Of a stretch of 64,000 nucleotides of DNA, positions 36,214 through 48,680 are shown piece after piece. A program made the position numbers and the translations under genes. This DNA is from Octopus sinensis (lineage: Eukaryota), in assembly GCF_006345805.1 (NCBI RefSeq), contig NC_042999.1, positions 53,568,001 through 53,632,000 of the forward strand. Direction: 5' to 3'. The first letter of the stretch is position 1, and every line of letters starts with the position of its first letter. The notes below the pieces were generated by a model that did not search any database, was not told the origin of the DNA, and saw only the letters and a list, made by a program, of their open reading frames with translations.

Positions 36214-38540
36214 AAGATCTGCTCTCAGGAGGTCAAGCAAATGGAGACTTCTCCAGGAAAGGATAAAATTCCTAACTTCTGGTTGAATGCCTTCCCAGAG
36301 AGCCATGAACTGCTAACAGAACTTTACAATGATGTTTTGCAACACCCTAGTAGGATGCCTCCTTAGCTAGTTAATGGTTTAAGATTCCTGCTACCAAAAA
36401 GTGAAGAAGCAAATGAACCAAAATCAATAGACCCATAACCTGCTTAACAACTATGTATAAAACGCTAACATCTGTCCTGGCGGAATATACCTATAGTTTT
36501 TTAACAGACAGCAGCATATTTCCTAATGAACAGAAAGGATGTAAACGAGGATCCTATCGTTGTAAAGATCAGCTATTCATCAATAAGACGATCTTAGAAG
36601 ATTGTCACAAACCACACAAAAAATTGTCGGTAGCCTGGATAGACTATAAAAAGGCTTTTGATAGCCTACCACATAGCTGGATTAAGAAATGCCTGGGAAT
36701 GTATAAAATAGCACCTACTCTACGAAACTTTTTGTCTGTAAGTATGAGATCATGGAAAAACCACACTAACCTTGAACAGTGACAATGATTCTCTAAATGC
36801 TGGTGATGTAAAAATTTCATGTGGCATTTTCCAGGGTGACTCATTATCACCAATCCTCTTTTGTTTAGCCTTAATACCTCCCTCCAAATGGCTCAATGAC
36901 GCGCAGTACGGATATAAAATGTTTGATAAAAATATAAATCATCTCATTTACATGGATGATTTAAAGCTCTTTGCTAAAAATAACCAACAGCTCAAGGGCT
37001 TACTAGCGATTGTTAAACAATTCAGTGATGACATCAGAATGTAATTTGGCGTCGATAAATGTGCAAAAGCTGCCTTTATCAAAGCTGCCTTTATCAAAAA
37101 AAAAAAAAACAAGCGGAGAGCTACGAGTATCGAGGGGTAATTGAAAGGGATGGAATAAGGCATTCAGTGATGAAAGAAAGGATCAGGAGAGAATGTTATC
37201 GCAGAGTAAGAGCAATACTCAACAGAGACCTGAATGCGAGAAACAGGATCGAAGCGATCAATGCTTTAGCCATACCAGTCGTGACTTACAGTTTCACTAT
37301 CGTTAACTGGTCAATTACTGAAATATGTAATCTTGACAGAAAAAAACGAAAACTGTTGACAAAGCATAGAATGCACCACCCTAAGGCAGATATAGAACGA
37401 CTTTATCTGCCAAGAAAAGAGGGAGGCCGTGGACTTTTACAACTGGCAATAACAATGAAGATTGCTACAATTGGCCTAGACACCTACCTGAAAAAGTCTG
37501 AGGACTGGATGTTAAAACATGTCTCAAAACATGAATCTAAGAAAGCATCATACTCAGAAACAAAACAGGCAAAGGAACAACTAATTGAACTCCGAATACA
37601 AAAAATTTCGGAATTAGACATACAAGAAACAAGCACAGAAAAAGCTAAGCGCATGAAAACCCGTACTAAAACTGCTGCTTTAGATATTCTGAATGGTAAA
37701 TGGCAAGAAAAATTTCTCAATGGCAAATACCCAAAGAGAGCGAATAATGCAGATGTTGTCAAAGCCCTGACCCATCAATGGCTAATGGCCTCCGGCTTAA
37801 AATCTGAAACAGAAGGGTTTATCATAGCAGCTCAAGATCAATGCCTACCAACAAGGAACTACCAGGCCAACATATTAAAGAACGGCAGTAGCCCAAAATG
37901 TCGTGTATGTCAACAACAAAATGAAACCATTGATCATGTCGTCTCCAAGTGCAGTCTTCTTGCGCCTACAGAGTATCTCAACAGGCATGATAGAGCAGCA
38001 CAATATATTCACTGGGTAATTTGAAAAACCCTGAACTTGCCCCATGAAAAAAACTGGCGGGAACACAATCCACCCCCAGTGCTTGAAAATGACCACATCT
38101 CACTTCTCTGGAACTTCACCATTCAAACTGACAGAAAGATGCAAATAGGCCAGACATCATATTGAAAGACTTCAGACAACGAACATGCCTCCTCATTGGT
38201 ATGACTGTCCCAATCGATATAAACGTATCTGTCAAGACCTACCAAAAACTGAGCAAATATAAAGATCTTGAAATAGAAATATCCGCAAAATGTGGAACCT
38301 GAAGAGTAAAACAATACCTGTTGTCATAGGTGCCGTGGGAATGATAGCGAAAGGGGCTGATTGCTACCTAACTCAGATACCAGGAAACCCCAAAATGGCA
38401 GAAATTCAAAAGATAGCGCTCATAGGAACTGCTCATATCCTACGCAAAATACTTTCTATGTAATCTCAAGTTTTAAAACAAACATAATTTTCGTATGTTT
38501 TTTTTTTTCAAAACTAAGTAGAAAAACAAATATATGGCAC
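36214..38540 (+). mobile_element. 5'-truncated R4/Dong-like copy 3, same subfamily as copy 2
   Basis: Colinear with 33440-35850. Contains WIDYKKAFDS, FQGDSLSP, YMDD, CCHC and RLE motifs. The 3' UTR is cut short. Confidence 0.9.
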
Positions 38541-38559
38541 ACTAGGCATAACACCAGCA

Positions 38560-39600
38560 TAAGCTTACTTTCTTCAACGGTTCTTTTCATCTTCCACTTC
38601 AAACCATCATATCTCACCTGCTTCTCTTCTTCGCTTTCATGTTCATCACCAGGGCATGTAGTATCTCTGTTGAAACAAGTTGTTTTCCTTTTTTTCATAA
38701 CCATTCTATCTATTAATTTTTTTATAATTTCGATTTTCCGATCACATTACACGATTACATTTCACAATATTCTTACATTTTCATTATCTATCACTCCCTC
38801 TAGGGAATATCCTATACCAGTACCAGCTCTTAACTCAATGTTGCAAGAATGAGAGTATACACTCTCATTCTTGCGATATTATTGCTTTGAGTGTCAGATT
38901 CGTTCACAAGTTCTCAATGCAGTCTCACAGTTTACCTCATGATCTGTACATGCTACTTTCAGCGGTATTGCCATTCCTGTTTTTGGAATAATTTACCCTA
39001 AGCCCTTCCAGGGCAGCACAGATAAGTGATTCTCTCTCTGGCTTCAAGTCTCTCTTCTTTTGGTCACAGCCACCTTTCATCCACATTTGCATTCTTTTTT
39101 ACGTCTTTCGCAAACTGCCCCTACGTCTTTTTTCTTTCCATTTCTATTGTCTTGCCCTTTTAAATTTTGTTTTGTACACCTCTGACTGCTTGCAACCATC
39201 TGTCCTGAATATACCAAACATTCTCACCCGAACCATCAAGTATCCTACGCCATTCTTTGTATGTCATCCTAAGTTACTTTCCTCTGAGAATATGCAATAT
39301 TCATATCTGATTTTCTATCACGCGTCATTCTGGCAGGTTAGATACAAACTGTCAATATAGTTGTTTTCGTGATTTCCTGTCTATCCTCTGTAACTCCACT
39401 TCCCTTCAGTTGTTAAAATCTGCACCTTACCAAAATAATGCATTAACCCTACATTCGTTGCTTGAAACTTATTTCTCGCGTTCAGTTTTGACCGCCGCAC
39501 CAGTCTAAGACATCGGAGATATTCTGGCCTAAAGCTTTTCTTTATTTCTTTTCCCATCATTTCATTCATTTCCAAAATACCCAAATATTTACCGTCGTCA
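38560..39600 (-). pseudogene. Degraded Dong-like fragments
   Basis: KYLGILEMNEMMGKEIKKSFRPEYLRCLRLVRRSKLNARNKFQATN (ORF 39381-39677) matches the post-RT region of the Dong copies. Confidence 0.6.
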
Positions 39601-39629
39601 TTATCATCATTATCACCACCACCACCACC

Positions 39630-39663
<34 letters not shown>

Positions 39664-40462
39664 TCATCATCACTCAAGTAAATGTACGCATATGACGCAG
39701 AGTTTGTTAAGAAATTGATCTTTCGACAAGTATTTATTGAAAAGAAATATTTTCTCTGAACTGCAATTCCGGAATATTGACAGAGTATTTCGTATTAATT
39801 AAGAATCAACACTAATTTCCTGGAACGGAAAAAAGTTCATCTTGGCAGTATTTTATTTCACAGCATATTTTCGCCATATTCCCGTTAGAAATATTTCCCC
39901 GCGCAGAAAGTTGAACATGAAAAAAGTTATTTCTGTAATTTATGACAGGAAAAGGGAATAACTGTTGGGGACAGGAATAAGGAAGAAATATTGTTCTATA
40001 CGCCTGCGCACAAGCTAGTTACCCTACACGTGAGGAAAACGGAAAGGGTATGACTACATACGTTTGGTTTGTCATCAAGCCAAATGCAAGCGCCGCACAA
40101 AATAGCTCCGTATGAGTACTTCCTAATTTACGTTGTATTTACACCTCACTTAATGAACGCGCATGAGTTTATTCTGATTTGTAGGACAGAGAATAATACT
40201 CAGATGTAATATGTTAAGGTCACTTAATGCTTTTTCTAGTTAGAATGACAGGAAAATCAAAACGGAAAATTCAGAAGACAAAAACCCAAAACTAATTATG
40301 GAACTAGAAGCGAAGACTGACTCAGTAAAACCCATGGGTTACTGGGAGAGATAACTGATAAACTTCTCCTCATTTTGTGTAGTACTACACAAAATGAGAA
40401 CGAGTTTATCAGTTAATAATGTTTAGATATTCTCTAAAATGTCCCCTGCTATTTTATAAGAA

Positions 40463-40864
40463 ACTAGCAGTATCGCCCGGCGTTGCTCGGGTTTGTAAGG
40501 GAAATAACTATATAAGCATTTTAGAGAGTTATAGCCAAAAAATAGCAAAAAAATGCATTAAAAATGGAAAAAAAATGATGGTAATTTTTTTTTAAATCGT
40601 TGACTCATCGTAGACATTTTTAGAGAGTTACTTCCCTTATATAATAGTGAAAAAATGCATTAAAATGGAAAAAAATGATTGTAAATTTTTTTTTAAATCG
40701 TAGACTCATTGTAGACGCGCGCTAATACCCAGAAGGGCTCGGTATGAATCACGATTATAAGATACCCGGTTTTGGTTAAACTGCACCGCAAAATGTGCGA
40801 GTAGTTAGGAATCTAAATCGTAGGAGACAGACACTCACACAACTTCACTTTTATACATATAGAT
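40463..40864 (+). mobile_element. Non-autonomous Helitron/Helentron-like element, second copy
   Basis: 5' end ACTAGCAGTATCGCCCGGCGTTGCTCGGG (CCCG/CGGG hairpin) and 3' end CAGACACTCACACAACTTCACTTTTATACATATAGAT. Contains an internal duplication of about 100 bp. Confidence 0.6.
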
Positions 40865-41573
40865 ATAACTCCACAGTATTTATTCTAGATTCCATCGTAT
40901 TTAATTTAATATATGGATGTAAATCAGAAGTTTCATTGGCGAAATAATTTGCGAGTCGTTGGGAATCATCAACACAGAAAAGTGAACTTACATCATCGTA
41001 TCTACCAGTGGTAATGCATACATACCTGTCTCTGTGTCTGTATGTGTATGTGAGCATGTGTGTTTTTGTTTGGCCTAATGAATGTTGGTGATGGTAATAT
41101 TGAGGCTATCATCATATATCACAACAAGCAATCACACCGAACGAGAATGCTCTTAATCTTAAACCTTTCTAGGTTTTTCCCGAGATTAATTTCGAATGAA
41201 GTAATAATTGCCAAGATATTTCCCTGTAATGCGATATTAGACGCTGTGAATAGCAATGTGAAACAAAGAAGAAGAAGAAAAAAAGAACAAGTCCACGGAA
41301 GGTTTTCATTGGCTGGTGTTCTTTACATGCAATATCCTTTTCGTGTTAGAGATATCTTCCATCTATACAAAGAATTTGATTATCTAAGAATATGCAATCA
41401 TGTCATACACCTTTTAGAAATCGATGCAAGCCATTTCAAGTTGTGTCACAAACTAAAGGAATCCTAGAGAATTGATTTATTTGTCTATGGCTAATTTTAT
41501 TTTGGCATTTTTTACGCTTGCGTCAGCAGCCTACATTCCTTTGTAACCGTAATATACGTTGGCTATGGGCAGT

Positions 41574-41627
<54 letters not shown>

Positions 41628-41898
41628 AGGATGATGACGATGATAATGATAAGGGGGGAAGAAGAAGAAGAAAAAGAAGAAAAGAAGAAGAAGAAGAAGA
41701 AGAAGAAGAAGAAGAAGAAGAAGAAGAAGAAGAAGAAGAAGAAGAAGAAGAGAAGAAGAAGAAGAAGAAGTGGAGGCAGAAATAGAAGAAGAAGAAGAAG
41801 AAGAAGAGAAGAAGAAGAAGAAGAAGAAGAAGAAGAAGAAGAAGAAGAAGAAGAAGAAGAAGAAGAAGAAGAAGAAGAAGAAGAAGAAGAAGAAGAAG
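41574..41898. repeat. Compound (GTA)n-(GAT)n-(GAA)n microsatellite
   Basis: Direct reading. Confidence 0.95.
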
Positions 41899-42308
41899 CA
41901 TGTCCCTTGGTGGCTGACGATATGTACCTCTCTGATCACGGGAAGATGTAGTGGAAGAGCATCATAACCATGTGTTGAGAAGAATTCTATGGGGTCTGAA
42001 TAATTCTATGGGATCTGAATAATTCAACTCTTGAAATATGGGTGTTTCGTTCAACGTCCTTAAGCAACCCTTATTCGGGATCTTTTGATCGGAATGGGCC
42101 ATTCGACGTGAAGAAAATTCTAACTAGGCACCACTTGCAAGGTTATACGCTGTTAATCTTGATATGAGATCACCATGTAGCGCACATCTGGCTGTGATGC
42201 ATGTGCCTAGTGTATCCTTATCAGACGGGTAGTTACGAAGGGTAAATTGGCTTTCATATATTTCTAACCATGTGTCTCTTTGATGACATGCGCTGCTCTC
42301 TCACTCAA
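41899..42308 (+). mobile_element. Repeat family E, longer copy, followed by (GAT)n/(AAT)n
   Basis: Aligns by eye to 30949-31211 and to the reverse complement of 58885-59060. Confidence 0.7.
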
Positions 42309-42415
42309 GAACAATAATAATGATGGTGATGATGATGATGATGATGATAATGATGATGATGATGACGACGATGACGATGATGATGATGATGATAATAATA
42401 ATAATAATAATAATA

Positions 42416-42450
<35 letters not shown>

Positions 42451-42451
<1 letters not shown>

Positions 42452-42990
42452 CAAAGTCAAAGGTTTTGGAGTGACATCTGGAGCAACTGGAAGGCCCCGA
42501 GACCAGATGGAGTTGAAAGTTACTGATCAAAAGATTTGGTGAATGTCATGCACGAATAGCAGCACAACTCAACACCCAGTTAAGCGCCGACCAAGTAACA
42601 CCAGAGTGATTGACATTGGGTAGAACAGAGCTGAGTGGCTTGAAAAACATCGAAAAAGGCAATTATGTAGAAATTATTGACTGGAATAGTCGCATAGCCA
42701 ATGTACGGACGTCTGAAAAAAAACGGAGTCATGCCACATGAGCAGAAGGGGTACAAGCATAAGTGCAGAAGTACCAACGATCAACTCCTGATAGACAAGA
42801 CTGTATTTAGAGACTGCAAGAGAAGGGAATCTAACTTAGCCATGTCATGGATCGATTATCGTAAGGCGTCGATATGATTCCACATTCTTTGATTATGGAG
42901 TGTATGAACCTATTTGGTTTTGCATTGAATGTTGAGCGATTGCCTGGAAAGAGTATGGCGAAGTGGAGGACGGAACAGAGAATCCAACGA
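42451..42990 (+). pseudogene. Degraded Dong-like RT fragment directly after (AAT)n
   Basis: EQKGYKHKCRSTNDQLLIDKTVFRDCKRRESNLAMSWIDYRKA matches RT motifs of copies 2 and 3. Confidence 0.7.
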
Positions 42991-43104
42991 AAGTAAACAT
43001 TCTAATTTTGGTTTTACTTGTAATATTTGTTTGTTTCCAGTTTGTAGTTAAATGTGTGATCGATACATTTGTGTCGTGGCTAGGTACGTTTGGTTTCCAG
43101 CTTT

Positions 43105-43311
43105 CTCTTTTACTTGTTTCAGTCATTTGACTGCGGCCATGCTGGAGCACCGCCTTTAGTCGAGAAAATCGACCCCGGGACTTATTCTTTGCAAGCCCAG
43201 TACTTATTCTATCGGTCTCCTTTGCCGAACCGCTAAGTGACGGCGACGTAAACACACCAGCATCGGTTGTCAAGCAATGCTAGGGGGACAAACACAGACA
43301 CACAAACATAT

Positions 43312-43344
<33 letters not shown>

Positions 43345-43516
43345 CATATATACGACAGGCTTCTTCCAGTTTTCGTCTACCAAATCCACTCACAAGGCAT
43401 TGGTCGGCCCGAGGCTATAGCAGAAGACACTTGCCCAAGATGCCACGCAGTGGAACTGAAGCCGGACCATTTGGTTGGTAAGCAAGATGCTTACCTCACA
43501 GGCACTCCTGCGCCTA
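43105..43516 (-). mobile_element. SINE family B
   Basis: Near-identical to 20829-21240. Confidence 0.9.
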
Positions 43517-43570
43517 GATATTTTTAGATATTTATATTTTTTTAATTTAACGTCTCTGAATGCAATGTGT

Positions 43571-43825
43571 TGGCAGAACCGTTAACTCGTCAGACACAAT
43601 AATTAGCGGTATTTCATGCCCTCGTTATATTCTACGTTCAAATTATGTGGAAGTCGTACTTGCCTTTCATCCTTTCAGGGTCGATAAACAGTACTTATTT
43701 CATCGACACGGAAGGATAAAAGGTAAAGTCAGCCCCTATCGGGAATTGAACACAGGGCGTAAAATAGGACGAAATGCCCTTAAGCAATTCTCCCGGCTTG
43801 CAAACGATTCTGCCAGCTCACTGCC
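43571..43825. mobile_element. Two old SINE-A 5' halves fused in inverted orientation
   Basis: TGGCAGAACCGTT...GGGTCGATAAA on plus and GGCAGTGAGCTGGCAGAATCGTT...GTCGATGAAATAAGTAC on minus meet at AGTACT (43690-43695). Confidence 0.6.
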
Positions 43826-43905
43826 TTGCATATACAATGCTGGTTTCAGATTTTGGCACAATGCCAGCAATTTGGGGGATAGGTCGATTACAACGACCGA
43901 GTGCT

Positions 43906-44008
<103 letters not shown>

Positions 44009-44013
44009 ATTTG

Positions 44014-44176
44014 TATTTAAAGGGCTAAAAAAACACTACGTGGTCAGCCGTATGCTAGAAGTAGATCACCTACGATCAAACTACATAGAGAACATTCTTT
44101 TCTTTGTAGTTTGATCGTAGCTGATCTCCTTCTATAATACGGCTGACCACATAGTGGTTTTTTAGCTCTTTAAATA
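44014..44176. repeat. Imperfect palindrome of about 163 bp
   Basis: Arms are 44014-44085 and 44105-44176, for example GTGGTCAGCCGTAT/ATACGGCTGACCAC and CTACGATCAAACTACA/TGTAGTTTGATCGTAG. Confidence 0.85.
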
Positions 44177-44317
44177 TACACATGTATTAGAATTTTCTCT
44201 GATTTTTCAGATTTTGTATGCTAGGCTACTGGTTTTAAATTGATATTAATTAAATTAATATTCAATTTATCTCCCTCACTATTTAATATATATATATATA
44301 TATTATATATATATATA

Positions 44318-44366
<49 letters not shown>

Positions 44367-44428
44367 TGTGTATGCATGTATGTATGTATGTATGTATATA
44401 TGTATGCATGTATATATTCAATATGTAA

Positions 44429-44696
44429 AGGCGCATGGGTTAGTGATTAAGGAATTCAACTCATGACCTTCCGCTGGCGTATTGTGTCTCTTATTTCACG
44501 TTGCTCCAGTCCACTCAGCTGGTAAAAATTAGTTGGACTTTTGTCACATTCTGTCTTACGGTGAATCTCCCTGAGAATAACGTTTAGAGTCGGCGTATTT
44601 GTGATACGTTAGGCCACTTGCACGCGAATTTCCTAAACAGGCTTTTCTGTTGATCCGATCACCCGGACCACCCGTCGACGTAACCGATCGACTAAC
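44429..44696 (+). mobile_element. Degenerate SINE family D
   Basis: Shares TTATTTCACGTTGCTCCAGTCCACTCAGCTGG and the CGTCG.CGTAACCG tail with 57691-58014. Confidence 0.7.
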
Positions 44697-44981
44697 AGTT
44701 TATATATTTTCACTGTATTGCTCACTAATACAATGCTCTCTTTTAATTTCCTCAGGTTGAGAGTTCACAGGACGAGGTGTCCTTTGTGTTTAAATACAAA
44801 CGTTTTAAGGAACAGAGGCAACCAACGAAATTAAAATGGTGCGGGGGAAAACGAGAAGCGAAATAGCGTAGCCATATTTAATGCGTTCTCACTGATTAGC
44901 TGAAGGTAATTGCTTCTCTCAAACACACTGAATTCCGTCTACACAAATAGCTGTAACCATCATCACTACCAGCAACATCAG

Positions 44982-45330
44982 TGGAGGCGCAATGGCCCAA
45001 TGGTGAGGGCAGCGGACTCGCGGTCGGAGGATCGCGGTTTCCATTCCCAGATCGGTCGTTGTGTGTGTTTATTGAGCGAAAACACCTAAAGCTCCACGAG
45101 GCTCCGGCCGGGAGGTTGTGGACCCCTGTTGTACTCTTTCGCTTTAACTTTCTCTCACTCTTTCTTCCTGTTTCTTATCCCCGACTTCCTACGCAACCGC
45201 TGAGCCTGGATGCACATTCATCCATCCGTCGATGCTCTCGGTGTCGGGGCTTGACCTGCTTTCTCTTCTGCGGGTCTTACGAATAGCAAAGGACCACGTT
45301 TCGGACTTCTCTCATCTTGCGAGCTCTGGG
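44982..45330 (+). mobile_element. tRNA-derived SINE family C
   Basis: Head GGAGGCGCAATGGCCCAATGGTGAGGGC...GGTTTCCATTCCC. The body TTTATTGAGCGAAAACACCTAAAGCTCCACGAGGCTCC is shared with 46531-46848. Confidence 0.75.
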
Positions 45331-45604
45331 ACGAAGACCGTTTGCTCAACAGCAACAGCAACAGCACCAGCAGCATCAACAATATCAGAGAATGAAACTG
45401 TCAAGTCAATCAGCTGTACGGCTACTATTTTCTTGAAACAAATCTTCACGATACTGTATTCATCCCTTACACATCACCAGCATCAATTCTAATTCAATAG
45501 GAACATAACTACCACCAACATCACCCCATTCAGGAATATATTTTTGGAGAACGAGAGAAATTTGCCTGCAATCACGAGCAGACAGTCGAGTAATAATGAA
45601 GCTC

Positions 45605-45950
45605 TCCCTCTCTTTCTCTCTCTCTCTCTCTCTTTCTTCTCCTCTCTATTTGTTTCCTATTTCTCTCTGTCACTCTGACTATCTAGCTGGCTCTCTGTCT
45701 GTCTCTCATTCACTCTCTCCCCCTCCCCTCTATCTGTCTCTCTCTCCGTCCCTCTCTTTCTCTCTCTCTTTCCTCTCCTCTCTCTCTCTATTCCTTTCCC
45801 TCTTTCTCTCTCTCTCTTTCGCTCTCTCTCTTTCCTCTCTCTCTCTGTTTCTTTCCCTCTTTCTCTCTGTCACTCTAGCTGTCTAGCTGTCTCTCTGTCT
45901 GTCTTTCCCTCATTCACTCTCTTCTCTCCCCTTCTCTCTCACTCTCTCAT
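45605..45950. repeat. Degenerate (CT)n tract
   Basis: Direct reading. Confidence 0.9.
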
Positions 45951-46530
45951 GTTGTGTATTCACAAAGTGATTAATTAAAAACCAGTTTCCACAAACTATT
46001 TTCCATTTAGAAAAATGACAATATAGAAGGTTTGCTGTAGCTTGGGCTGATTCATGCAATGTATTAGAAATAAAAAGAGGTAGGAATCGTGTTTATGTTG
46101 TATTTTGCTTTTTGCTGTTTTTCATGCTTGTGTTTTCTTTTGGGGCTTCTTCGTTTTGTTTTGTAAACACTGCTTGCGTCAGAATAAGCACCTAAAAATC
46201 TGTCACATGTCACTCGTTCGCGGGAAACGGTTGGTTTCTCGAATAACAGATTATTATTTTGTAATTTTGCAAGGTGTTGGAAGACGTCTCGTTATTTAGG
46301 TTTAATGAGGAATTTAAAGGTTTCAAGGATAAGCGATACACACTAAATGTATAAGTAAGTGACTGTCGGAAAGCACGCAAGAACATAAGTGAGAGTCGGA
46401 AAGCTCGCAAGAATATAATAATAAAGGTCGTTACTGTCTGATGCCATTATTACTGAATTAAATTCATATATATTTTCGTAGTTTGGAACGGTCATTCTAC
46501 CAACATAAACACACTTTCTGATTGTAGTTT

Positions 46531-46848
46531 GGAAGCACTCCGTCGGTTACGACGACGAGGGTTCCGGTTGATCCGAATCAACGGAACAGCCTGTTCCTGA
46601 AATTAACGTGTAAGTGGCTGAGCACTCCACAGACACGTGTACCCTTAACGTAGTTCTCGGGGATATTCAGCGTGACACAGAGAGTGACAAGGCCGGCCCT
46701 TTGAAATACAGGTACAACAGAAACAGGAAGTAAGAGTGAGAGAAAGTTGTGGTGAAAGAGTACAGCAGGGATCACCACCATCCACTGTCGGAGCCTCGTG
46801 GAGCTTTAGGTGTTTTCGCTCAATAAACACTCACAACGCCCGGTCTGT
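46531..46848 (-). mobile_element. 5'-truncated SINE with a family-C body and family-D tail, 10-bp TSD
   Basis: ATTGTAGTTT at 46521-46530 and 46849-46858. The 5' part matches about 45050-45175 and the 3' part matches 57695-57870. Confidence 0.8.
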
Positions 46849-48680
46849 ATTGTAGTTTATACTTTATTGTTAAATACACTCAGCTTTTATTGTGTGTGTG
46901 GTTTCTTGACAGAACTTCTTTCTCTCAAATAACAACATTATGTACACACAATACACATCACCAAAATTGTGAAAAATAGACAAACATGAATTGGTCTTAT
47001 GTATAATCTAAATCTTGTTATTTCTCAATTTTCTTAAAATAATTGCCTTCAATTGGTTTTTAATTACTAAATTTCCGAGTTCATAAACAGATATGTGTGT
47101 GTATGTGTGAGTGTGTGTACTTATGTTTTGTATATACTTGCATATATGTAGATGCATGTATATGTATACGCAAACATATATGGATATGTTTGCGTATGTG
47201 TCATCAAAGAAATTCATTTTTTAAATAAATTTTCTATAAAATAATTATATCAAAGAAATTAATTAGGTGTAAATTTTAAAATAAAACAAATGTAATACCT
47301 ATCCCTATATATGTGCGTGTATAGGAACGTGTGCATGTGTATTCTTGTGCATATTAATAGTATATGTGTATGTGCGTGTGTGTGTGTGTTTTAGACGTGC
47401 AACACAGCTAACGATTGTGGAATTTATGATGTAATAATATATTTTTTTACAATCGAATCTGATATTCAGTAGGATATTCGATATACACTCTGTCATATAT
47501 TCAAATGCATAGAAAAGCAAAGGAGAAATCGGAGATCAGACGATTGAAATTTGAACATATATGGAGCAAGATTTGACTATGACGCTATCCCATTCGAAAT
47601 AGCAACATTTCAATATGTATGCGCGCGCGTGTCTGTGTGTCTGTGTATGTCTGTGTTTGTGTGCGTGCACACGCTTGAGTGCGTAAATATTCGTATTTAT
47701 GTAATGCTAGAATAAAACCAGAATAATCAATACCTTGCGTTAGCGTACACATTTGTCATACTCTCGAAAAACAAGGGGCTTACAGTAACTTCGAAGGCAG
47801 TCTTCTTCCGCTTTTAAAAAAATTTTAAGTTTTAAGTTTTAATTTTCTAAACTCTTCATTAATAGGTAGCACTCTGTTATAACTGTAATTCTATAAGTTC
47901 GATCTTATTATTTGATAGCCACAGTGCTCTTCCCACCACTTCCAACCAATACCCACAGAATAACCCTAAATTTCTGCGTTTCTCTATCCCCCTGGTCATT
48001 AACCATTAGCAAGAGACTCCCATATCCCGACCCTATACCTGATCAGTTCGTATGCCTTTATTTTTGTTTTTATTTCATTTTTATTTCTCTTTCAGCCTCA
48101 CGTTTAATTTATTTATCTTCTCTATTTTCTCTCATCCTTGTTTTATGACCCTTCCTTACTTACCACAACCCAGAGCTTACCATAAATAAATTTTCCCTTC
48201 GAAGCCCCTGCAATCTACCCAGGATCTAGTCTAACAGACTCCTTCTCACCCGAACCCCTGACATTAGATATCAAATTACACACTTTAGAGAACTACATCC
48301 TTCACTTAAACTGCTAACATTGTTGCTCATTCTCCCATTCAAAGCTGGACTCGACAGATTGCAGCCACAATCCTGCTGTATTCTTGGGAGATTCTTATAT
48401 TTTGTAATATTACTTCTCGTCTGATGATTACAGTTTTTTATACGGTTATAATTTTCACATTCTTCTATCAAAACGTTACGTAAGAAACAGCTGTTATATG
48501 GAAACCGCAGTGGGAAGGAATACGCTTGGTGTGACCGTACAAAGGACAGAGAGGGAGAGAGGAATAAAGTCACCTTGCTCTCTGGAGTGGATAGTTCTGG
48601 GGATCTACGTGCTCTCAAGCTGAGATTGTTACTTTTAAGTCACTGATATAATTGGATGCATTGCCGGATTCATTTACCAG

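Noticed and set aside
45345-45435. PolyQ-like CAA/CAG run suggesting an exon
   Set aside because: Short, closed by a stop, no convincing splice sites, and adjacent to a SINE tail, so probably a simple repeat.
47900-48420. Possible further Tx1/L1 3' remnant on the minus strand
   Set aside because: The similarity is only a few residues (VRVRRSLL versus VRVERQVL), too weak to call without a search.
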